Below are positions 12,251 to 24,849 of a stretch of 64,000 nucleotides of DNA, one piece after another (the first letter of the stretch is position 1; each line of letters starts with the position of its first letter). A program made the translations under genes and the position numbers. The notes below the pieces were generated by a model. It was not told the origin of the DNA, ran no database searches, and was given only the letters and a program-made list of their open reading frames with translations. The DNA is taken from positions 50,344,001 to 50,408,000 of the forward strand of contig NC_090333.1 in NCBI RefSeq assembly GCF_035084215.1, read 5' to 3'. This DNA is from Heptranchias perlo (lineage: Eukaryota).

Positions 12251-13044
12251 AAGTAGAGAAGTTGATGATAAAAGGGAAAAAAAGGAATGGTGCATAGATC
12301 AGTGAATTATACACCACGTGAGTGGTGTGGTGCATTACAGCATCAACTCACTGCACCAAGTGCTGATTATCCAATCTCAGTCATGTCAACGTGATGATGT
12401 GCCTGATTGAAGCCAGATGCTTTCCATCAGGAAACAAGAGAGGAATTGGCAGAGTTGAAAATAAGTCATTGTAAAAATGCTCAAAGGCATTTTACAGGAC
12501 GCTATTACTGTTTCATCTAGAGAGCATAAAGGTCACCAAAGGGAAAATCGTGCATTGGCTTACGAGCAATAGGTCACGCCTCACAAATCTATTGGAATTC
12601 TTTGAGAGATAACCGAAACAGTGGGTGAGTGATATCTCATAGCTAGAATATAATTAGATTTTCAGAAGGCATTTGATATTCGTGCTGCATCTGAACCTTT
12701 CAAAGAAGGTTATGGTTGCATGGATTTAATGGCAAATTGGCAAGCTGAATTGAAAATTGGCTTCTTTCTGAAGACAGTTAGCCAAACATGTGGAATTCTG
12801 CAGAGGTATTTTTGAGCTTTATCTAGGCTTCTTGGGCCTAATGTCCTTTTCTTATTCGTAAAAATTCTTATATCCTTCTACTGTTTCTGCTACTCATGAT
12901 TCTGGGTATCAAGTTGTGAGGAAAATTTAAGGAAGGTGGACTTTTTTCTCTGAAAAAATAAGAAAATTTCAAGGTTACCTATTTGAATTGTTCAAGCTTG
13001 TGAAATGAATTGGTGAATTCCAGCTGAGGCCTAACCAGTGTTTT

Positions 13045-13245
13045 ATAAGATTTAGCATAATTTCCTTACTTTTATTCTCTATGCCCTTTTATTCTTTATT
13101 AATAAAGCCCAGCATCCCATATGCTTTTTTAACAGCCTTCTCAACTTGACCTGCCACCTTCAAAGATTTGTGTATGTGCAGCCCCAGGTCTCTCCGCTGC
13201 TGCACCCCCTTTAAAATTGTACCGTTTAGTTTATATTGCTGCTAC
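13045..13245 (-). mobile_element. CR1 LINE internal fragment
   Basis: Reverse complement closely matches 36960-37175 (aaatctttgaaggtggcagg, aaagcatatggga, tataaaacactgg). Confidence 0.85.
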
Positions 13246-13259
13246 TATGAAACTATGAA

Positions 13260-14200
13260 AATGGAGGAGAGGCGTTGAAAGAGGATGGTGTGGTCAACCG
13301 TGTCAAAGCCTGCAGAGAGGACGAGGAGAGATCGTGTAGCACAGTCAGTCACATGTGATGTCATTTGTGACTTTGATTAGGGCCGTTTCAGTAATGTGGC
13401 AGGGGCAGAAACCTGACTGGAGAGATTCAAATGTGGAATTGTGGGAAAACTGGACACAAATTTGGGAAGACTTCACATTCAAGGACTTTGGTGAGGAAAG
13501 GGACGTCAGAGATGGAACAGTAATTTGCAAGGACAGAGGGGCCAAGGGTGAGTGTTTTTTTGAAGGTGGGTGGGGGGAGGATGACAGCAGTTTTAAAAAG
13601 GGGAGGGACAGTGCCTCAGAAAGGTGATCCATTTACAGTATCAGCTAGCAGGGGGGCCAGGAAGGGAAGTTAGGCGGCCAGCAGTTTTGTGGGAATGGGA
13701 TCGAGAGACAGGAGATGGGTCTCATGGACAAAATGAGCTTGGAGAGGGCATGAGGGGAGATAGGAGAGAAACTAGAGAAAGACACCAGTTTAGGGCAGGA
13801 GAGAACCTTGGGGGATGTTGGGCTTGGTGGGCAAGGGGAAGGAGGGGATGCGGCAGAGGCATAGTTGGTCTCAATCTTAATGACAAAGAAGTCCATGAGC
13901 TCCTTACACTTGTTGGAGGAGTGTGGTGTTTAAGGAAATGGTTGGTAGTGAAGAAAAGAAGCCAGGAGTTTTCCTTGCATTCCAGGATGATTGTGGAGTA
14001 GTGAGTGATTTTGGCAAAGTAAGGACTGATAGTGCTTGATGCGGTCCAGCCAGATCTGGTGATGAATGGCTCAACCAATTGTGCCAGATATGTTCAAGTC
14101 AGTGCTTCTTGGACTTAAGGGAGCGAATATGGGCATCATACCTGTGGAACGACTAGTGTGGGAAAGAGTAAGCATTTTATTGGAGATAAGGGCATAGAGG
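13260..14200 (-). mobile_element. L2-clade LINE fragment (RT N-terminal part)
   Basis: Minus-strand FESLQSGFCPCHITETALIKVTNDI and LSAGFDTVDH are L2-type RT motifs (QSGFR..HSTETAL.KV.ND, LSAAFDTVDH). Confidence 0.85.
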
Positions 14201-16239
14201 GTGAGGGAGTAGTTGAGCAAATTAGTAGGGTATGGTAGCATAGTGGTTATGTTACTGGACTAGTAATCCAGAGGCCTGGAATTATGAGTTCAAATCCTGC
14301 CACGGCACAAGCAATCAGACATGTTTTGATGCTTCTGATTCGCATTACTGAGCTGTGCAGCTACAGTCTGCATCTCTGCAGGGGCTCTGGACACATCAAG
14401 GCAATCCCAAGTACCACATTTTTCATAAAACGTTCAATGCTCAATTAAGCCCAGTGGGGCCCAGCCATGGCCTCTGTACAATGGGATGATGCTGGATACC
14501 AGAATAGTAGAGAATTAAATTCATATGACACAGTGTAAACAGCGCAGCGGAATAGGAGGTGCAAGTATGCTGTATCAAGAAAATCTACTCTTTCTGCAAG
14601 GGAGGAATTTAGGGCTGGTTTCAAATTGTGATCAAAAGATGCTTCTAGAGTCCCTGGTGTTATATTCTGACTTGATGGTTAATATCATGCAATCTTTTTG
14701 TAACTTAAAAAAAAATCCTATGAAAAGCATCGTTGTGATTTATTATATATTTTTATAGAGACAGTATGGATCGTATGTGTACGTGGACGTTGACACCAGG
14801 TTAAGTTGGTAGTAATTAATATCATTGTCTAGTAAGATGTAGGGGCCCCAAACCGAACCTTTGCACGGGGCTCTCAGCAGGGCAAACTCAGTGTCCAATC
14901 ACTATCAGTGGCTTTGTAAAGTGCTGTGAAACAGTTTTCTGTATATAATGAGTACTATAGATCTATAAGTTGTTGTTGTTCTAGGTGACGGAATGAAGCC
15001 TTTCACCACATTGAGACAAATCTCATTCCAATTATTATAATAGATCCCGATTGTCAGGAAGTATTATAGTGAATAGACTGATTCTGAGTATGATATCTGA
15101 ATGTATACTAGTGCAAGGTTAGCAGTGTAGAACAGCAATTTTAGAGCTTAGGAGGAACAAGAGAACAACATTTAAATGATAATAGTAACATCCAACAAAA
15201 AGAAAAAGACTCGAAATGTTGCAACAAAAAGAGAGAGGTTGTGGATTAGTGGTGAGAAAAGGATCACCCTATCAGAGAATAAGCCTGTACTCAGATCCTG
15301 CCCAGCTGTGTGAGGGGAGAGCTGGAAAAACCTTCTCAAATAGGGAAACAGTATTCGAGTCCCAGTGGATTGGACTTTACAAATTGATATAGGGCTTCTA
15401 CGAGCCAGGGAGCCAAACTCCCGTATAAGTCAGCACCTTCATGAAAACAAGGGGGAAAATCATTATTTTAATGTGTTTACTTTATTTGCATCTCATCATC
15501 CCAATATCAGATAATATCATCTCTAAGTTAAGAGATGAGAAAAATATTCTGATTTTCCTTTTAATTATTTTGGCTAAATTCTATTTTGCTTTAAAGCCAG
15601 AAAGGGTAAATGTATTCACCAACTTGTTGCATCATCCTAAATGGTATAAAGGAAATACCAACGCAGTAATTGGAGTCTCCCTCTCCTTGTCACTATGCTA
15701 CAGGAGTGTCCAAGCTTTTGGTCTTTGTGAGCTTCATAGATGTATATAATGGAGCATCAGGAGCAACTGATAAGGCTTAAATCCATGTTACCATTAAACT
15801 GCATATACTAACCGATCTTGGTGTTTTGGTTTACAATTTATCCACCAATGAGCAACAACGCTAAAACGGCCCTTTCTAAATTTTCAGACTCACAAAATCC
15901 AAACAGAACAAACCAGTGAATAAGAAGTAGAAGTGCAAATGGGACTGAGTTAGCTGGGCTTTATGCAGCAGATTGCCAAGGCTTGGGAACACATGCAGTT
16001 TTGAAATCCCTGTTGTAATTAATGCTTTAAAATTAATCATTAGAAACAACCAGAGAGAGGACATTTCCATGAAATTCCCCCAAATTGGTTGTGAGGAGCA
16101 CAATTACTTCTATCTTTAATAATTAAGATTAAATAGAAGTTAATTAATTGAATCAGGAACTTTTGAATTGCCAAACCAATAAGCTATACACACACCTCCA
16201 TCAATCACGGCAGGGGAAGAGCATCATGTCTAACCCAAC

Positions 16240-16460
16240 ATTCGCATACAGTATTTTGCAATGGATAGTGGTCAGGAGTAGGGACCCTGGATAATTTTCT
16301 ACCCCTTTTGCCTTGAGAAACTCGGACCAATTATAGTGCTCCAACTGCTACTCCAGCTGAGATCATCTTGCTCAACACAGACCAAGGACAGAACATGGAA
16401 TCTCCCATACTTAGCTCAGTACCACAGTGGGCAGTATACTTATCTACTAAGCTATCAGGG
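16240..16460 (-). mobile_element. Family-X SINE-like copy
   Basis: ggatagtggtcaggagtagggaccctgg...ccaattatagtgctcc...gctgagatca is the reverse complement of family X. Confidence 0.6.
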
Positions 16461-16909
16461 AAGCTATTTTTCACTTTATTTGTAACAAAACTGATCACTA
16501 TACTGATAATAGCAAATACAGGCAATCAAATCACATTAAAAATAAATAAAACTCATATTTTATACTCTGCAAAGTGCATACAAAGTACACATTCCAAAAT
16601 GGTCAAAATCGCTCCACCAAAATACAATCTCCAACAAATCAGTAATTAAGATAAAGACATGAATATTTTTACAGACATTTGTAGTTGGAAAATTTCACAT
16701 AAAAAAACTGACATGCAGGTGAATTATAACTTCAAGATTGCATTGGCATTTTTTGTATAAACATTCATCCTTTTATTTGGAAAGGAGCTGCAGACTTTAG
16801 TTATGGCCTAACTTGAGTTTTAAAAATGAAATGCATTGCTATAATAATTGTCACCATTTTCTAGCAGTAAAATCACTGCTATGACGCCATGAGTTGGTGA
16901 TCCTACATC

Positions 16910-17272
16910 AAATTTCCTTCCCAAAATGGACCCACTATTTCGTCTCTTCCTCCAGAGCCAGTCCAGCGACATCTGCTGGGGATGAGTCACCTGCTTCTTG
17001 GGGGAGCTCCATTCATTCTAATGGGGTAGCAACTTCAGTCTAGGCCTGGCAACCAATCTAGATCTTCTTGATTAGTAGGAAATATTCTACCAGCAAGGTA
17101 CATTAGTGGCATGTTTTGCTTGGGTTGGGCAAGTCTGAGTCACTCCCAATCTGGTCCAAAGTTGCTACCCTCATTGCAAAGAATGGAACCATGTCTTAAA
17201 GCAGGAGCAGCTCTTTGTCAGTGATGTCACCTGAGTGGCTCTGGAGTGAAGGAGGTCCAAAAAAGGCAATTT
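16910..17272. repeat. Long imperfect palindrome (probable ancient MITE)
   Basis: Nested inverted matches: ctccagagcca 16950-16960 / tggctctggag 17236-17246; gggtagcaactt 17024-17035 / aagttgctaccc 17159-17170; tccattc/gaatgga; tggacc/ggtcca. Confidence 0.75.
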
Positions 17273-17574
17273 TTCATTGAAGCAGGGAACTGAGATTTAT
17301 TTTTAAAGGCAAACATTTTTGATGTACAGTTTATGGACATAGAGTCATTTATCTTAAAGTACTCTATCTAGAGTTCCCTGTTCAGTTTTTTTTTTATTTA
17401 ATTACATGTCAATTGCAAAGAAACTTTGCTTTTTAAAAAAAAAATCAGTGTGCAGTAAATTTGCTGAGGAGGCAAACCTGAACATGCAGTAGTTTTACAC
17501 AGATAATACTGCATTGGGCTTCTCTGTTAACCAAGTTGGTAAGAGCACTGGCCAACATGGAACTGAGTCATGGG

Positions 17575-18092
17575 GGGAGGGGGGGAAATTGGGCGCCATT
17601 GTGCCTCTTTTTGGGCGCAGTTTGTATATTGGGGGGCCAACTTCTGAAATGGGTGTTAGGCCCATTGAATATGCTCATCAAAGGGTCTTATGTGCCTGTT
17701 TTAGGACCCCGCTGACAAATTTGGCAGAAACTGGGCGGAGCATATGCAAGCTCCGCTTAATTTTCCCGGGTCTAAAGTGGCCTAACCAGCGGTTCTTAAA
17801 GGGAGCGCTGGAGACCACTGACAGTGAGGTAAGTTTCCGACTTTTTACCTTACCCCAATGTGGAGCCAGCACCCAACAGTGGTGTTCCTCCTGGCTCCAC
17901 AGCAATACTGCGGGCCGCTGCTGGCACTGGACTGGCCAATTTTGGGAACGCCCCGAGTGGTGAGCTCCATCGGGATGCCCAAATGCTGTCTGCAGCTCTC
18001 CAGTATTATGGAGCCGAGGTCCGACTTTAGGCATACTTTCTAGATGTGCTGCCCACTTTGTGCTGATAAACGGCGCAAAAGCAATTCCTCCC
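17575..18092. mobile_element. MITE-like DNA element inserted into a family-X SINE
   Basis: Imperfect terminal inverted repeats (ggg..aaattg / caattcctccc). The SINE head lies at 17515-17570 and its body resumes at about 18095. Confidence 0.6.
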
Positions 18093-20012
18093 CATACAGT
18101 CCAGTAAGATCCAAAGTTCAATCACCAGTCAGTATAGGTCCTAGCTTATCTCAGCCAGGGAATTGATAGAGGCACCACAATTGGCCTCTGCCCTAAGCAG
18201 GGGAAAGAAAAGTCGCTCAGGATTTCTGATCCTGATCTTCTAAGAAGTACATGCCTGTAGATGTTGGGTGAGGAGAGGGTCAAACTTGGCTGTGGAGCTC
18301 CTTACGATAGAATAGCTTGTCAACATTCACTGTCTTGATGCACACATGAAAAATGGTTGCTTGGACAAAATACTGGATGGTCTTTGGTGCCTGTGAAACT
18401 ATACCCCAACAAGGTGCCATCAAGACAGAATGGAGGGGAGAAAAAAATTGGAGGAGAAAACTGGAGAGCAAAGGCCAAAGAAAAAGCCAAAAGTTTGAGT
18501 ATAATGGCCTCTTCCTGATCATCTCTATCCAGCAGGATGTAGGTCAGACTTCTGGAGGACTGTCATTTAGGCAATCTCTATTGTGACAGGGGGAGTTGTT
18601 TGTGCTTGCTTTCTCTCTCTTGGACCGTTCAAGCACAGGGACTATGTGATTCAAATAGGTGCCCAGGCTACCCAAGGGTGTTTCAGGCAGGCAAATAAAA
18701 GGAGGGAAAAAAAATTAAATCAACCAATGTTTCTTATCTTGATCCCGATTCAATGATGCCTGCTGGCAAAGGCTTGAGTGCAGACATCAGTTGGGGACCG
18801 GAGTTGATCTAGCTGTGAAGCCTGCTACAGTTGAATAGCCTGTCCACATTCACTGTCCAGGCTTGCCAATGGAAGCTGTATTTTGGGTTAAGCACAGGAA
18901 AAAGTATCAGATACCAGATGGTGGTCTGTGGACCTGTACACCTTCAGGTGAGGAGGATTTTTTTTTAAAACTAAAGAAATCCCAAGAAAACAAATACAAA
19001 AGCTTGTCCTCAGATTGACATTTACTGCATTTCACTTGCAGCTAGTTGAAATGTGTCTTTAGTGAATGGAGTGTGATGTAGACAGACAGCAAAGAGACTC
19101 TGCAATTGAAATATACATTTCATTTTAAACTGCCTTTGCACAAATAAGAGCAAGGATAAATTTGGTCCAAACTGCAGGCTGAAAATCTCCTCTCTCTGCC
19201 GACTGCAGGGATCCAAATGAAATGAGTTATGCTTAGTCCTACCCAGCTCCTATTTGAACACAAATCTGCCCTTATTTCAGCTCTAAATTGATAATGTTAA
19301 TCAGAGAAACTGCAGAAGGGTTGCTGTGGGAAACAGAGAAAGGTTAAAATGGTGCAGTAGGAAAGTCTTGAGGTTGGAGTTGACACACCTTGGGGCAGAA
19401 GGGAGGGAGCTTCACTCTGCATCTATCTGACATTGGAGTGTTGAAATGGAAAAGTGGTCTATTTCCTAGCATTAACATTCCATTGCCTTGGCAGAACATA
19501 ACATTTGTAAAAAGAAAAAGCTTCACACCTGTCTCAGGGTGAGAAAGGTACATCACCACATAATAGCCCGGCTGGACCTGCCACAGTTAGAGTACTGCTC
19601 TATAAAGACAAGCACATCCAATACTAAGCAGCAGTCCTTCCTTCTTTGCACATATTCCAATTAATGGCTCGTTTAAACAACATAAAAGAAAGCCATTCCA
19701 GGATGTTCCATGTTGTGGAATTGTTTGGAATATATAGAGCAAGGGACATCTGACATGAAAAACATTTATAAAACCCTATCTGGAATGCTTTTCGCAAACA
19801 CTATATTGTTGCTTACATAATGTAAGGATGCAAACTCTTTTCAGGGGCTTATACAGATTAGAAAGCCTAACCAAAGCAAGCACAGCTATAACTCGCTTGC
19901 GCTTAAGAGATAATGTTATCTAGAATCAAGTTGAACGCAGAAGGTGCAAGGAAAATCCACTGTAATTTCCGTTGGATAGCACACTGCCTGGAAATCTTCC
20001 ACTTGGAATGGC

Positions 20013-20136
20013 TCAGCTTTCTCTGACTGGTGCCTCAATGTTAAGGGGTGAAATCCTGCCACTCATCAGTGCATGGACGTAGGGCCAAATCTTGTCTGTT
20101 TCTGTCCCGGAAAACGTGTGCAAGATTCCCTTAGTC
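20013..20136 (-). CDS. AK4: AK4 coding exon 5 (terminal)
   Basis: Polypyrimidine acceptor ttttctttcag|G. Encodes TKGILHTFSGTETDKIWPYVHALMSGRISPLNIEAPVRES*, with TGA at 20015-20013. The total spliced CDS is 681 nt and in frame. Confidence 0.95.
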
Positions 20137-20606
20137 CTGAAAGAAAAATAAAAAGCAGACAAAAAAAATGATCATCATACACTAATGGGCTTTCTACAGC
20201 CCAATCTGCATTGTTCAGTCCCGGATTGGGTGCTGCATCGAGGAGCAGGAGGTTGATTTAAAATCTCAACTTTGAGGATCAAGTATCTATGGGACAAGCG
20301 CCAGTTAGAGTTTATGCCTTGTTGAAAAAGTACTGAGCAGTATTGACAGCATTCCTAGAGGCTTGTAGAACATGCTTCCTCTACAAGTAGATGTCCAGAG
20401 AGGGAGGAACAGGCAGATAACACGTGAAAAAAAAAACCAGTAAAACACCATCTGCTCTCAGCATCTCAAGAATACCCAGTCCACAGTATTCCTAAACAAA
20501 GGAAGGCAGTATCTGAATGCTCCCGTCCAGCCACACAACCCTCTCTCCACCAATCCTGAAGAAACACTACTATACCCATATATACAACTGTGCTAACAAA
20601 TTCATT

Positions 20607-20733
20607 AGCCCCAATTATAACCTAACCCGCCCAGCTCCATTGAAGTCAATGGAGCTTAAAGTTGGGCAGTGTGTAAAACGGGCATCCGAACCCACGCCAC
20701 TCCCGCCGGGCGTGATAGGTTAAAATCAAGGCT
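20607..20733. mobile_element. 127-bp miniature inverted-repeat element
   Basis: TIR-like ends agccccaattataaccta / taggttaaaatcaaggct and an internal perfect hairpin agctccattga-ag-tcaatggagct (20633-20656). Confidence 0.6.
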
Positions 20734-21190
20734 CTTGTATCAAAGCATGCTTTTGCAAAATGTACAACAAAAGCATCACTGTATAAAATGGAATTTTTAA
20801 TGTACATTATTACTGCATCATCTCACAACCTTCAATTTATAAATAAGATTTTGCAGTGAGATGAAGTACCTCTCCCAGTCTCCCAACACCACCACCAACT
20901 GCAGCAAAGACTGGGCTGGTGAACAATCTGCTTGCAAGCTACTGCCAATAGCACTCTAAACTACCTCCTCATAAGCATGCACTGTGCCAAAGATCAATAA
21001 CACCAAGGTTTTAAAAAAGCTTAAAAAGAGAATAGTTTCAGCATTGAGAAAAGCATTAAAGACATTGCATCAGCTTTTCCAGATATATCTATAACGAGTC
21101 AAGCTCCTGTAGCATTGCACATGGGGAGTCAAGATTAAAGGCAGTATCCATATCAAACAGGGCTAAAGGGGGGGAAGGAGAGAGAAAAGA

Positions 21191-22080
21191 ATGGGTAAAG
21201 TAGATGAAAACATAAAATTACAAAGCGATCTTGATAGATTAGGTGAATGGGCAAAACTGTGGCAAATGGAATTCAATGTAGACAAATGTGAGGTCATCCA
21301 CTTTGGATCAAAAAAGGATAGAACAGGGTACTTTCTAAATGGTGAAATGTTAAAAACAGTGGATGTCCAAAGGGACTTAGGGGTTCAGGTACATATATCA
21401 TTGAAGTGTGATGAACAGGTGCATAAAATCATCAATAAGGCTAATGGAATGCTGGCCTTTATATCTAGAGGACTAGAGTACAAGGGGGCAGAAGTTATGC
21501 TGCAGCTATACAAAACCCAGGTTAGACCGCACCTGGAGTACTGTGAGCAGTTCTGGGCACCGCAGTTTCGGAAGGACATATTGGCCTTGGAGGGAGTGCA
21601 GCCCAGGTTTACTGGAATGATACCCGGACTTCAAGGGTTAAGTTACGAGGAGAGATTACACAAATTGGGGTTGTATTCTCTGGAGTTTCGAAGGTTAAGG
21701 GGTGATCTGATCGAAGTTTATAAGATATTAAGGGGAACGGATAGGGTGGATAGAGAGAAACTATTTCCGCTGGTTGGGGATTTTAGGAGTAGGGGGCACA
21801 GTCTAAAAATTAGAGCCAGACCTTTCAGGAGCGAGATTAGAAAACATTTCTACACACAAAGGGTTGTAGAAGTTTGGAACTCTCTTCCGCAAACGGCAAT
21901 TGATACTAGCTCAATTGCTAAATTTAAATCTGAGATAGATAGCTTTTTGGCAACCAAAGGTATTAAGGGATATGGGCCAAAGGCAGGTATATGGAGTTAG
22001 ATCACAGATCAGCCATGATCTTATCAAATGGCGGAGCAGGCACGAGGGGCTGAATGGCCCACTCCTGTTCCTATGTTCCT
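21191..22080 (+). mobile_element. Young 5'-truncated CR1 LINE with an uninterrupted 269-codon RT C-terminal frame
   Basis: ORF 21191-22000 has no stops and carries the CR1 motifs. CpGs are retained. Tail is gttcctatgttcct. Confidence 0.95.
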
Positions 22081-22295
22081 AGGGGGGAGTGGGGGAGGGG
22101 AGGGGAAAGGAAAGGAGGGAAGGGGAGAATGGTAGGAGAGGAAAGAAGGATTAAGAGATTGGGAAGGAGAGACGAGAGGAGAGTGGGAGAGGAGGAGGGT
22201 GGCAGGGGAGGGATAGTGGGTGGTGGGAGATCTAAAGGTGATGGGGAGAGGGAAGATGAGGAGCAACAATGATGGGGACAAAGAAGAGAGGAAGG
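22081..22295 (+). repeat. Purine-rich (G/A) low-complexity tract
   Basis: Almost exclusively G and A, with multiple G3+ runs. Confidence 0.85.
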
Positions 22296-24849
22296 CAACC
22301 TACTGGCTGGTAGACTGAATCTCTGCCAGGCCTGGGAAATTCTCTCAATGTGGCTGGGGGGAATTCTATGTCTTGGGCCAGACCCTCAAAATCCTGTGGC
22401 AGCAGTCTAGAAGAGGATGGCGGAACGGCCACAGTATTGGCCTAGCGGGACAACCGGGAGGGTGGGGATGTAAAAACAAAGTAGGAGGATGGTTGCAGAT
22501 GAGGTAAGTTTACATCACAGACAGGACAGTAGCGGATTGTGTGGGTTGGGAAACAGACTGGTTGTGTCAGCCGGGTTACATCTTTTTAGGAGAATCAAGA
22601 AAGGGCAGTCAGGGTACTTTTGAAGGTGGCTAGGTTAAATCACTTTACTCAACAACTACATTCAATTTTAGTCAATGTTCAAAGTTTTTACATATGAAAA
22701 ACTACTCACCTTTCATTCTACTACTTATGTGGCTTTACCAAGGGGCAAAAGCAATGGGGTGAAACCACAATGTCACTTTGGGGTAGGGTTGCATGTTTAC
22801 TCACAATGCTACCACATCGGTGGCACATCCTACTATTATCGTTACCGCGACAGCTCTTTTAACACTGTGAAGGTCTATCATAGCATCACCTACACCTACT
22901 ATGATTGGTACTGCACAGAAATATTGACATTTTTAAGTTGAGTTTTTAAATTGTTAAAGCCTGACCAAGGAGTTTTCAATGTATTTAAGATCGAATGTTG
23001 TGACCCATTCTGTATTTTTAATATACAGTAGGTCTTGATCTATCATTAGTTACAGACCATTCATTGTGGCTCCCTTGCAGCTTGTTTGTGCACTGACACC
23101 TGGCTTCCTGGGAAATTCCCTTCGACAGGCACACAGTCTTGCATTCTGTCGCAGTCCCCTCGGACTCTTTCAACACAGTAAGGGCACTGATTTGTTCCCT
23201 GGAAACCCCCGACACCCCTTTGTGATTATTTACCTGCCCTAACAGAGTGATCCACAGTGAGTCAGAATTTCCCCCACTGACACATTTGTGCCACCATATC
23301 TCCCTCAGGTAGCCCCCAAGACTTTTTTCAATATCTCTTCACGCACTTGCCGTTCTCGTGACCTTTTGGCTTCCCCTTTGAGCTGGCTGGCGACCTTCAT
23401 ATGTCCTATAGCTGTTCTAGGGCTCTACTTGGTGCTGCTTCCACTCTCCATTGGCTGCCCGTCCTCACCTGGATTGGGGCGGTTCTTGGGCCTATATTAG
23501 CCCATTCCCACTACCCACCACTGAGTTCTGGGATTGAAGCAGCTTTGCCAGTAGAATAGAGAGCATTACTCTGTGCTATAATTGACCTGGGAGTGCTTGA
23601 CGCTGCCAGTGGCTACCTAATATGGAAAGTGCACTATTTCCAAAACTAACACCCCTCACCTTCATTGGAAGAAAAATTCACCCAAAAAAGTTTTAAAAAT
23701 GCATTATCACAGACAGCAATGGGTAATTCTGGTTCTGAATTCCATTGTTTGAAAATCATTTTTCTGGATACTGAAAGCTGATTTTAAAAGTCAAAAAATC
23801 ATTAAATGATTAAAATAAAACTTGCAATAGGAGAAAAAAGAAAATGGAAAAAATAAAGTTTGGTTAATAAATTAAAATATCTCTGGGTCAAAAGACATTG
23901 GCTTCATGGTATTTTTACACACACAACTAAAGTATCTGACTTAAAAGTTCATCCTAACTGTGTTTATATACACATTAATTATTAAATGAATTCTCTTTGA
24001 AGTACAGCACTTTCTTCCATATCTGGCAGTTATTTTATCTCTTGTTACTTACAGGATGTGTCAGAAGCTGCAGGCTAAGCACTCTTGGGTATGTTCTGTG
24101 CTGTATTCACCCATTGATATTGGTGTTAAAAGGGGTCTCTCAACCAATTAGTAGCATTTTCCAAGATTGAAGGGGGAGGGGATTAAGGGAGGACAGGCAA
24201 AAATGAAGGGAAAGAAAAACCAAGGTGCACGTAGAAGTCTGCAGGAAATGACCAGAATAGCCTAGCACCCTGTTTGATGGATGCCGACATGGAGGCCATG
24301 CTGCATGAGGTGATCATGAGGAGAGTGGCCCCCTGTGCCACTTCACAGCATCATCCCTACAGTTCAGCATTTTATCATGCCTTCAAAGAAGTGGAACCAA
24401 GTTTCAGAGCATAGCTGGCCATAACTATCTGTGGCTATGACAGCCCTATCTATGCTGCATTGTAGCTGCAATTGTCCTTCCCCAGCTCTGCATCTGGATC
24501 TGTCCTGACCCAGATCCTGTGTAGACAGTCCCCCCTAGTTATTGCCAGCTAAGTATTCCAGGACCTGCAGAAATGGTTGGTGGCACCTTGGCATGTGCAA
24601 ACCATGCCATCAGGGTACACTGGTTGTTGGTCATCCTAACATGCCTTCTTTCATGTAATGCCACTGAAAGCATGAAATACTGTGGTTGATGTGCTTCTGA
24701 GGAAGTATCCAACATTAGTTCGTCAGGCAACCACATATCTCAAATGTTGCCATCGGTATCTACTTTCCCAGCTTGCTTTGGGAAAAGCAGCTTTCGCATA
24801 TACTAATTGTTTGCTAAAGTGACATCTGGCCAGCTCTGCTTGCAATGAA

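Larger units (their letters stand above)
16460..20012 (-). other. AK4: Putative long AK4 3'UTR with distal polyadenylation signal
   Basis: AATAAA on the minus strand at 16480-16475 ends a U/GU-rich, repeat-free stretch (about 16480-16900) typical of 3'UTR ends. Other AATAAA occur near 16772 and 17297, so the true end is inferred. Confidence 0.5.
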
